Positions 9,137 to 17,550 of a DNA stretch of 64,000 bases are shown piece by piece. The translations under genes were made by a program, and so were the position numbers. This DNA is from Bdellovibrionales bacterium (GTDB lineage: Bacteria; Bdellovibrionota; Bdellovibrionia; Bdellovibrionales; CAYMLA01). The stretch lies in assembly GCA_965217115.1 (NCBI GenBank), contig OZ244239.1, positions 1,440,001 through 1,504,000 on the forward strand. Direction: 5' to 3'. Position 1 is the stretch's first letter, and every line of letters starts with the position of its first letter. Below the pieces are notes generated by a model. It was given only the letters and a program-made list of their open reading frames with translations, was not told where the DNA came from and searched no databases.

Positions 9137-9823
9137 TTAAAAACCTTTTAAAAATCTTTCTAGTTCTTTCTTTTCATTTTGACTCAGGCTAAAGCCAAGT
9201 GGTGGCATATGGCCTCTCTCAACCATGAATTTTATAGTTGGTACATTTTGTCTCTTTAATGTTCCTCTTGCCATAAATCCCGATTCTTTATGACATCTCA
9301 TACATGTTTTAACTTTTAATATTTCATTTTCATACTGACCTCTCCATCTAAAAGGAGGTATGAGCTTTTTATCTAATTTAGTATGGGAAGAATGCTCAGA
9401 AACCATTCCATAGGATTTGATTCTTAAATTCCACATATAGATTTTTAGTCTATCTTTTAAGCCTGTTGGGCTAAAGGTTGATGAATAATTTGGTCTAATA
9501 GCGCGAGGTCCATTACTGTGACACATAAAACATGCGACCTTAAATGGCTTTTTCTTTTGATTTCCATTCCACTCTAATGGACCAGGTTCTAATTGATAAA
9601 ACTTTACAGATTTTGGCGTAATAGTTTTATCAACGACAATTGCGAGTCTGTCCCATGCTTCTTTTTTAAGACTTGGGCCATGGTGGCTTTGGTTCATCAT
9701 CCAAACATCTTTACCTTCAAGTCTAATCCACTTGATTTTGTTAAAAACGGCGTTTCCCGACATTGTTTTTGATTCTTCGGACTCTATAAAAATCTCATGA
9801 TCATCATTAAAAATGATGATCAT
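9137..9823 (-). CDS. Diheme c-type cytochrome
   Basis: CFMCH and CMRCH, distal GHMPP. The frame is open upstream to a hydrophobic anchor (possible CTG start at 9865). Confidence 0.75.
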   Translation of the reverse strand: MIIIFNDDHEIFIESEESKTMSGNAVFNKIKWIRLEGKDVWMMNQSHHGPSLKKEAWDRLAIVVDKTITPKSVKFYQLEPGPLEWNGNQKKKPFKVACFMCHSNGPRAIRPNYSSTFSPTGLKDRLKIYMWNLRIKSYGMVSEHSSHTKLDKKLIPPFRWRGQYENEILKVKTCMRCHKESGFMARGTLKRQNVPTIKFMVERGHMPPLGFSLSQNEKKELERFLKGF

Positions 9824-9869
9824 GAGAGATATTGTAAAAAAAACCGTAATAATGGTGATTTTCAGGAGT

Positions 9870-10250
9870 TTATTGATGGCAGGAAAAATATATCTCAGAA
9901 TTATCTAGTTCTAATTTCCCCGTAATAATAGGGTCTGAATTATAATCACACGAACCTCTTCTGCAAAGCTTTGGTTTTTTAACGATTGTTAAAGACCCAC
10001 TGTGATTAAAAAAGTCTACAACTTTTTTAATCATAAGATGTCCACCACTGATCTCTGTTATACCATAATAGGTGCTGGCATCCTCTTCAGATTCAACAGT
10101 GACACGAGTGTGTCCAACGCCGCGAGTCGTATAGTCTTCGTTCATTTTAAGCGAGATTTTTCCATCGTGTGATATGCAAGAGTAATCAGCATGGGCCATT
10201 CCAGTTATGCAGAATGCGAGGGTTAAAATACTAAGTTTAATTGTGTTCAT
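9870..10250 (-). CDS. Hypothetical secreted protein
   Basis: AGGAG RBS, signal peptide ending AHA, 4 Cys in the mature part. Confidence 0.75.
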   Translation of the reverse strand: MNTIKLSILTLAFCITGMAHADYSCISHDGKISLKMNEDYTTRGVGHTRVTVESEEDASTYYGITEISGGHLMIKKVVDFFNHSGSLTIVKKPKLCRRGSCDYNSDPIITGKLELDNSEIYFSCHQ

Positions 10251-10343
10251 AACTTTTCTCCTTTTGTAGATGTTGAACAATCTATTTAGCCGAAAAACTT
10301 TGATCGACTGAAATATTTCTACATTTGAATGATGTTTAAGGGA

Positions 10344-10382
10344 AATTAATTGATTTAATAGACTTATTAATATATCTAATAG
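10344..10382 (-). promoter_or_regulatory. Putative LysR operator
   Basis: T-N11-A dyads (ATTAA-N5-CTAAT) between divergent genes; inverted copy at 11256-11294. Confidence 0.55.
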
Positions 10383-10384
10383 GT

Positions 10385-11251
10385 ATGAGTATTTCATCAA
10401 TTCAGCTTGATGCCTTCCACGAAGTTGCAAAGCTTTTAAATTTTTCCAAAGCAGCTAAATCATTGTGTGTGACTCAATCTGCATTATCCCAAAGAGTTAA
10501 GAACCTTGAACTTGATTTAGGCGTAACTCTATTTATCAGAGAAAGCTCATCCATTAAATTGACTGAGTCAGGTGAGAAACTTCTTCGTTATTGCCTTGTT
10601 AGAAGTTCAATCGAAGGTGATTTACTGGAGGAAATTCAAAGTGATTACCAAAATGGCCTTGATAATCAATACTCGGGCATAATTAGAGTTGCTGCCTACT
10701 CGTCAGTTCTTAGGTCTGTTATAATCCCATCTCTGAGCGAGTTTCTTTTAGATAACCCCAAAGTCCAATGTGAGTTTATTAAAGGTGAGATGGGAGAATT
10801 AACTGAAATGCTCAAAAGTGGTGAAGCTGATATCATTATCCTTGATCATGCCCTAGAGAAATCTGGAGTTGTGCAAGAAACAATTGGATTTGAAGAGTAT
10901 GTCGTTATTGAAAATAGCAGACGAACTGAGCGATCAAACGTTTATTTAGACAATAATCCTGATGATAATGCAACAGAAGCCTTCTTCCAATCTCAAGTCA
11001 AAAAGCCAAAACATTACCGTCGAACATTTATGGGCGATATTTATGGGATATTGGATGGGGTTAAAGCCGGCTTAGGCCGTGCAATTATTTCAAAGCATTT
11101 GGTTCCAAAAACAACCAATATAAAACGAATTAAAGGTTATAGTAAATATGTGATGAATGTAACCATGCATTACTTTGATCAACCATATTATCCAAACCTA
11201 TTTAAAGAAGTAAAATCACAAATTTTACTTAATTCTAAAAAACATCTTTAA
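10385..11251 (+). CDS. LysR-family transcriptional regulator
   Basis: NFSKAAxxLxVTQSALSQRVKxLE HTH plus substrate-binding domain. Confidence 0.95.
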   Translation: MSISSIQLDAFHEVAKLLNFSKAAKSLCVTQSALSQRVKNLELDLGVTLFIRESSSIKLTESGEKLLRYCLVRSSIEGDLLEEIQSDYQNGLDNQYSGIIRVAAYSSVLRSVIIPSLSEFLLDNPKVQCEFIKGEMGELTEMLKSGEADIIILDHALEKSGVVQETIGFEEYVVIENSRRTERSNVYLDNNPDDNATEAFFQSQVKKPKHYRRTFMGDIYGILDGVKAGLGRAIISKHLVPKTTNIKRIKGYSKYVMNVTMHYFDQPYYPNLFKEVKSQILLNSKKHL

Positions 11252-11823
11252 TAATCTATTAAAATAATTAATAGGTATGTAAAATCAATTAATTATATTT
11301 TTTAATGATCTCTAGCCTATTTCTACTTGCAAGTGCCATACACCTATTGGTTACACGGTTAATGTGTAACCAATCATGGCTAGGGTCATCATGACAATAA
11401 TACTAGAGTTAATGCCTGTGGAAGGGTTCTGTTCGGCTGACTTCTTTCCACGGTTTTTCCTTTTTTTACTAGAAGTTACACTGTGTTTTTTTGTATATTC
11501 GAATTAGACCACTCTCCACCCCATCAAAGAAGCCCTCAAGAGTGGATGAAATAATCCTTTTTTGTCACCTTCAAAGGACATCAATAAATTACACAACTAT
11601 TCGTATTAATTAGGTTTTTTAGATATTGTCTCTTGATTTGTCTAAAATGGAGACACTATGTATTACTGTAATCTCTCTCAGTTTGATTTGAGAGGGGAAT
11701 AATAATGGCATTGATAATTTGAGTGAAGTTTTGTTCTGATTTTTTGAGGGAAGAATGGGTTGGACCAAGAAAATGGAACGATCTCAAAATACTAGGAAAA
11801 TATTGATTCTATGGAGGCGTTTG

Positions 11824-13908
11824 ATGTTTGCACTTAAGCCAAGACTAAATCTGAAAATGGCTAGTTTTATTTTCGTGCTGGCTTTCTCATTAGTTGGGTG
11901 TGATGGCTTGTTCAAAAAATCAAAGCCTAAAAAGCAGTTATCTTTTCAAAAAATTATTCTTCCAAACGGAAAGAAAGTGCGGGTATCTGAATCTGCCAAA
12001 GTATCTGGACAGGGAGCCAACGTAAATACCTGGCAAGATGGAGTGAAAAAGAGAGCAAGGCAATGTGTTGAATCTATTTGTCAATTACCAGAGTCTTTTC
12101 TCTACGAATTAGAAGATGAATACTATTTTTTGACAGCCAATGAAAAATCAAAGTTGCACTCTTCTGAACGAGTATTTGAGTCAGAAATCTGGCCCAAATT
12201 GGATCAGAGGATATCGGCTGACTATGCCAACAATGAAAAGACATTACAGGAAATCTCAGACCTCGTTGAACGTGTTCCAACAGACAGGGCCATTAAGGTA
12301 GATAGTTTCACAAAGGTACTTATCAAATATGTTTTTGCTATGGATCGTCTGAAAGACTATAAATGGGATACCCATTACGACCAGGAAGAATTTGCTGCGA
12401 CTCAGAGATTAGCTTTAAAACAAAATATATTCAATAAACTTTCGCCAAGCGAACAAGAGGAAGTGGAGGAGGCTCTTATCCTGTATCACAGGACTATTAA
12501 GGGCGACACCTTCAACTCAAATCTTTCTATGATTGAAAACACTGGTCTACGATATTTTTTGCTCTACAACTATGACAGCTCAAGTATTGAAAAATCAAAC
12601 AAGTTGTTCAGACAAGAGATACAACAAAAATTTGACTTAATTAAGCAAACTTCACCACTACTCTATAAGCTCCTCATCAAAAATATTTCTTTGAAAAAAG
12701 TTTTGGATGGTGAGAAGTTGCTGCCAGTGGAAGAAAAAAAGTTAAGTGACGATTTATTTTTTTTATCTTTGTATACTGGCTTTATTACAAATCCCTGGCC
12801 TGAGTTTGAACAAATGGAGTTTAACTTCGATGAATTCCTTAAGGGTTCAGAGATTATTAAGCAACTAAGACAGTACGAGGTTGAAAATTCTGATGAAAGG
12901 CGAGCGCAGAAACATAGAGTCTCTAGAGAGAAAACCCATGGAATTTGTCGGCAAGGTATTAGTGCTTACTTGGCATCACGCCCAAGCCAGGATCAGATTG
13001 TTTTTACCAATGACTTGATTTTAAAAATTAAGACAGCCAGTAAAACTGTGGCAAAAGGCATGTTCCCCTCTGCTACAAAGGCAGATATTGATTCTCTTAT
13101 CAGTGGGATTCGTTTCATTTTACCTGTAGCTTCCAGTAATGCTACAGCCAATCTATTTTCTGAAATAGAGGTATTGTCAGAGATAAGTATCGAAAGTGTT
13201 TTGGACAATTTTGATGAGCTAGGTGAGGAAGAGATTGAGAACTTTCTTGGACTTTTTATCACTACTATCAAAATGAAGGTAGACAAAGATGATGGGGAAT
13301 ATTCACATATATCCGATCTTTGCCTTAACTATTTGCCAAAGACCCTGTCTGATGCATCGGTGACAGTTGACAATGCCATATTTACTTCGGGAACCACTAT
13401 AAAAGCTGGAGAGAGTGGCGCTGGGATCATCGCCCATGAAGTCGCTCACAGACTTTATCGTGACTTAAATGGATCTCCAAACTCTTCTCTTCAGTCATGT
13501 TTAAAGAACAGGCATTTTGAGAGTTTTATCAATGATGGTGGCGTCAATAAAGAAAAGTATCTAAGTGAAGATTTTGCTGACCACTTCTCAAGTCAGGTTT
13601 TGAAACACATGGGACTTACTAGCCCCCAGCACAATTTGGCCTGCCTTTTTTTCAATAATATTAAATTCGAAAAAGAAAATGTCGATGTTCCTTTTTACTT
13701 GAGTAGCACCAAACACCCTTTAATTACTACGGATGATGATGATGAACATTCCTCAGATACTTTTAGGCTATTGCAGGTTAGCTCTGACCTTGGACACCTT
13801 ACCCCAGCTTGTCAGATTTACGCTCAAAATGAAAGTGGCAAAACTTACCCAGAGGCAGATGGTAGCAGTATGGTTACGCCGATGGTTCGCCAATGCACAG
13901 CTGAGTGA
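11824..13908 (+). CDS. Lipoprotein with C-terminal gluzincin (M13-like) metallopeptidase motifs
   Basis: GGAGG RBS, lipobox LVGC, HEVAH..EDFAD..HSSDTFR. Confidence 0.7.
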   Translation: MFALKPRLNLKMASFIFVLAFSLVGCDGLFKKSKPKKQLSFQKIILPNGKKVRVSESAKVSGQGANVNTWQDGVKKRARQCVESICQLPESFLYELEDEYYFLTANEKSKLHSSERVFESEIWPKLDQRISADYANNEKTLQEISDLVERVPTDRAIKVDSFTKVLIKYVFAMDRLKDYKWDTHYDQEEFAATQRLALKQNIFNKLSPSEQEEVEEALILYHRTIKGDTFNSNLSMIENTGLRYFLLYNYDSSSIEKSNKLFRQEIQQKFDLIKQTSPLLYKLLIKNISLKKVLDGEKLLPVEEKKLSDDLFFLSLYTGFITNPWPEFEQMEFNFDEFLKGSEIIKQLRQYEVENSDERRAQKHRVSREKTHGICRQGISAYLASRPSQDQIVFTNDLILKIKTASKTVAKGMFPSATKADIDSLISGIRFILPVASSNATANLFSEIEVLSEISIESVLDNFDELGEEEIENFLGLFITTIKMKVDKDDGEYSHISDLCLNYLPKTLSDASVTVDNAIFTSGTTIKAGESGAGIIAHEVAHRLYRDLNGSPNSSLQSCLKNRHFESFINDGGVNKEKYLSEDFADHFSSQVLKHMGLTSPQHNLACLFFNNIKFEKENVDVPFYLSSTKHPLITTDDDDEHSSDTFRLLQVSSDLGHLTPACQIYAQNESGKTYPEADGSSMVTPMVRQCTAE

Positions 13909-14062
13909 GCCTTTCGACAGCAATATTGCAAATTATCAAAAACCACAGGGCTGAGTTTACTTAGATTATTTCTTGTTACTGAGTTTCATTGTAATTCTCT
14001 CATAAAATAACAATAAAAACTCTAAAACGGAGAGAGGCTAAGAAAAAAATCTAATAGATCTG

Positions 14063-14536
14063 TTAAAAATCTGTCTCAATAATAAAAACAGTGGAGAGTT
14101 TTTTTAAAGTAATCGGGCCTTTGTGCCAACTTTCTATTTCAGGGAGATACATGCCATCTGTATTTTTTGCTAAATCATTAACTGTTATTAATTCACTATA
14201 GAAGTTCTTTGAAAACAATAAATACACAAGATGAGATTTTTTATCAGAGATTTCTAAAAAATCATAAAAGGATTTTCCTGGAGCTATTTGCTTTTCTGTT
14301 TTATTCCTTAAATCAAACAAACAAACGGCCTCTAGTATAGAGCCGACACTCTCATGTGAGTGCAACGATGTGGTTTTCAAATTTTGAGTAGAGCTAGGAA
14401 GAATAGCGCCTTTAGATTTTATTGATAAATATTTCTCCATAGAAGTAAAATGAAAGACTTGATTTTTTATTTTTGGGTAAAAAGTCTCTTCCATCTCTTC
14501 TCTTGATTTAATGGATAGATGAACTTCCTTTGGCAT
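14063..14536 (-). CDS. Hypothetical protein, possible ADP-ribosyltransferase fold
   Basis: VFHFTS..SIxxxGxI..VCLFD..EIE..GPI pattern. Confidence 0.55.
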   Translation of the reverse strand: MPKEVHLSIKSREEMEETFYPKIKNQVFHFTSMEKYLSIKSKGAILPSSTQNLKTTSLHSHESVGSILEAVCLFDLRNKTEKQIAPGKSFYDFLEISDKKSHLVYLLFSKNFYSELITVNDLAKNTDGMYLPEIESWHKGPITLKKLSTVFIIETDF

Positions 14537-14685
14537 ACTTGTAAACCTTCTTATTTTAACACTTGATTTAAAAAAACCTAAAGCCTTCTCTAGAGGGGCT
14601 TTTTTATCATTAAATTTTCATTGCCTTTGCGTGTAAGGCTTAGATACAAATCTAGGGTTCTAGAGTGAGTTTAATTTTACTTTTT

Positions 14686-15051
14686 CTATTGGTAGAACAT
14701 TTGACAGTCGTCGAGCATATCTACTTCTTCAGGGAGTTTTAGGTCTCCTTTTTCAAAACTGTATTTCATTTCACACTTAAAAGGAGAGTGATGAAAGCAG
14801 GCGTGGATGTCTTTCCCTTGGTAGATATCCAGATAGACGGTTTGTTTTTTTAAGTCGATACTTGAAATAGAAAAGCGAGGCTCACCACAGTCTTCACCGT
14901 CATCCCCGTACCAAAAATCATCTAATATATTATTAGAGCCCTTAATTATCTCATTTATTTTTTCCTCAAAACCCTCAGAATTAGATTGAACATCGGCACT
15001 TACAGCGATGGTTAAAACACAAGAGATTATAAATAAACAGGCCTTTCTCAT
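14686..15051 (-). CDS. Hypothetical secreted acidic protein
   Basis: GAGGA RBS, signal peptide, 4 Cys in the mature part. Confidence 0.7.
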   Translation of the reverse strand: MRKACLFIISCVLTIAVSADVQSNSEGFEEKINEIIKGSNNILDDFWYGDDGEDCGEPRFSISSIDLKKQTVYLDIYQGKDIHACFHHSPFKCEMKYSFEKGDLKLPEEVDMLDDCQMFYQ

Positions 15052-15081
15052 GATACTTCCTCATTTATTACTCATCTGAGC

Positions 15082-15250
15082 AATGGTTTATTTGTTCGAT
15101 TCCTTTAAAATTCCTGTGCGACTATAATCGACTTTAGGCATGAAAAGGGAAAAATCTGTGGGGAGTGTAATTTTTACCGGTTTTGAGATCTTGCTTTTAA
15201 AAGCGAACCTCTCGAACCCAAAGAAAAAGACGACTCGAAGGTCGTCTTTT
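15082..15250. repeat. 169-bp direct repeat, copy 1
   Basis: 4 mismatches versus 15641-15809; ends in hairpin aaaaagacgac-tcgaag-gtcgtctttt. Confidence 0.97.
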
Positions 15251-15303
15251 CATCTTCTTCTAGTCTTGTCGGCTAAGGAATGATTATTTATCTAGTAAAA
15301 TGC

Positions 15304-15621
15304 TTATTTTGAGAACTCTAATTTTCGTTCTAACCTTATCCACTTTCCTGGCATAAACAAAAACGCGAAAGGTAGCTTCCATCCAGAGATATTTGGTTCA
15401 CAGTGAAAAAACACATCTTCATTGTCTTGAGTTACTTCAAATTCCTTACTCGTTGAGCACCAATCTATTCTCAAACTCAATTTATGTTTACCTAGGGGAC
15501 AACTAAACGTAAAATCCTCATCATGCTTTATTTCGCCAATTTTTTTTTCATTAAGAAAAATTTTATATGCTCTAAGACTGTCTCCCAAGCTTTTTTTCCT
15601 GCTAATAACTAGTTTTCCCAT
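15304..15621 (-). CDS. Hypothetical protein
   Basis: Beta-rich small domain (RAYKIFLNEKKIGEI..GKHKLSLRIDW) with hydrophobic C-terminal segment. Confidence 0.7.
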   Translation of the reverse strand: MGKLVISRKKSLGDSLRAYKIFLNEKKIGEIKHDEDFTFSCPLGKHKLSLRIDWCSTSKEFEVTQDNEDVFFHCEPNISGWKLPFAFLFMPGKWIRLERKLEFSK

Positions 15622-15640
15622 TTTACACCTGATCAAAATT

Positions 15641-15809
15641 AATGGTTTATTTATTCGATTCCTTTAAATTTCCTGTGCGACTATAATCGACTTTAGGCAT
15701 GAAAAGGGAAAAATCTGTGGGGAGTGTAATTTTTACCGGTTTTGAAATCTTGCTTTTAAAAGCAAACCTCTCGAACCCAAAGAAAAAGACGACTCGAAGG
15801 TCGTCTTTT
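15641..15809. repeat. 169-bp direct repeat, copy 2
   Basis: See copy 1; bidirectional terminator-like hairpin at 15783-15810. Confidence 0.97.
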
Positions 15810-15930
15810 TAGATATTTCGTTGCCTCTGTAGGGTTCAATACGAGTTTCTAGTTGCGATTTGAGGGGAAACTAGGTATTGATACTAAAAATCTCCGCTTG
15901 ATCAATCCTCAGGCGGTCAGGACAGAGACA

Positions 15931-17511
15931 ATGATTAATGTGAGTGACATTAGCTTGGCCTTCGGCGGGCAAAAACTATTTGATGATGTAAACATAAAGT
16001 TCACTCCAGGGAATTGCTATGGCCTTATTGGAGCCAACGGAGCGGGAAAATCGACTTTTTTAAAGATACTGTCTGGTGATGTTGAAGCACAAACGGGGTC
16101 AATCACCTTAGGGGCTGGTGAAAGGTTGTCGATTCTAAAACAAGATCATTTCGCTTACGATGAACACAGTGTTTTAGACACGGTGTTGATGGGAAATAAA
16201 AAAATATATTCTATCATGAAAGAAAAAAAAGCGATCTATGAGAAAGAAAATTTTTCTGATGAAGATGGCGTGAGAGCAGGGGATTTGGAAGAAAAATTCA
16301 CTGAGCTCAATGGTTGGGAAATAGAATCTGAGGCAGGAATTTTACTTGCTGGTTTAGGTATCGAGACAAGCACCCATGAAAGGCTGATGAAGGAATTATC
16401 TAGCGATGAAAAAGTAAAAATACTACTGGCCCAAGCTCTTATCGGTTCTCCCGAGGTTTTACTCTTAGATGAACCGACGAACCATTTAGATATAGAAGCT
16501 ATTCATTGGTTAGAGGAATTTTTACTGGATTTTCCTAATACGGTGATTGTGGTTTCACATGACAGACATTTTTTAAATAAAGTTTGCACTCATATTGCGG
16601 ACATTGATTTTAAGAAAATCACCGTTTATGCAGGTAACTATGATTTTTGGAAACAGTCTTCGGAGTTAGCTCTGCAATTAAAAGGGAATCAGCGAAAAAA
16701 GTCAGAAGACAAAGCTGCTGAATTGAAGAGCTTTATTCAGAGGTTTTCTGCGAATGCGGCAAAATCTAAGCAAGCGACCTCTCGACAGAAACAGCTTGAA
16801 AAATTAAAGATAGAAGATTTACCGAGATCAACTCGAAAATACCCTTATATTAAATTTGAGCCTAAGCGTGAGGCAGGTAAAGATCTATTGAGAGTGGATG
16901 GATTAAGTAAAAGTGTTGAGGGTGTGAAGGTTTTGGATAACATCTCTTTTAGTCTTAAGAGAGGAGATAAGGTTGTTTTTTTAGGAAAAAATGATGTTGC
17001 AAAAACAACTTTGTTTGAAATTTTAACAGGTGAATTAAAGCCTGACTCTGGGGCTTTTGAATGGGGGGTAACGACATCGCGATCTTATTTTCCCAATGAT
17101 AATTCTTCTTTTTTTATGGATAGTGACAACTCTATTTTGGACTGGTTACGTGAGTATTCTGAGGATAAAGATGAATCCTTTGTTCGGGGTTTTTTAGGTA
17201 AAATGTTATTCTCTGGAGATGAGGCTCTTAAAAAAACGAATGTTTTATCTGGAGGGGAGAGAGTTCGGTGTATGTTGTCTAAAATGATGTTGTCTGGTGC
17301 CAATGTCTTATTGTTAGATGGTCCAACGAATCATTTAGACTTAGAGAGTGTTACAGCAGTAAATGATGGTTTAGTAAAATTCACAGGAACAGCACTTTTT
17401 ACGTCCCACGACCATGAATTTATCCAAACAGTAGCCAATCGTATTATTGAAATTGATGTGCAACTAGTAGAGGATAAGTACACTTCTTATGATGACTATT
17501 TAAAATTATAA
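15931..17511 (+). CDS. ABC-F family ribosome-associated ATPase (YbiT/YkpA-like)
   Basis: Two ABC domains, no TM segments, GANGAGKST, LDEPTNHLD, FSANAAKSKQATSR linker. Confidence 0.93.
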   Translation: MINVSDISLAFGGQKLFDDVNIKFTPGNCYGLIGANGAGKSTFLKILSGDVEAQTGSITLGAGERLSILKQDHFAYDEHSVLDTVLMGNKKIYSIMKEKKAIYEKENFSDEDGVRAGDLEEKFTELNGWEIESEAGILLAGLGIETSTHERLMKELSSDEKVKILLAQALIGSPEVLLLDEPTNHLDIEAIHWLEEFLLDFPNTVIVVSHDRHFLNKVCTHIADIDFKKITVYAGNYDFWKQSSELALQLKGNQRKKSEDKAAELKSFIQRFSANAAKSKQATSRQKQLEKLKIEDLPRSTRKYPYIKFEPKREAGKDLLRVDGLSKSVEGVKVLDNISFSLKRGDKVVFLGKNDVAKTTLFEILTGELKPDSGAFEWGVTTSRSYFPNDNSSFFMDSDNSILDWLREYSEDKDESFVRGFLGKMLFSGDEALKKTNVLSGGERVRCMLSKMMLSGANVLLLDGPTNHLDLESVTAVNDGLVKFTGTALFTSHDHEFIQTVANRIIEIDVQLVEDKYTSYDDYLKL

Positions 17512-17550
17512 TTCTGTAAAAAATGGTAACTTCGCTCAGGTTTTTTTTTG

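Noticed and set aside
15179..15218. Imperfect hairpin in the 169-bp repeat as an integron attC site
   Set aside because: Ends read GTT...AAC, the reverse of attC order, and no integron integrase is present
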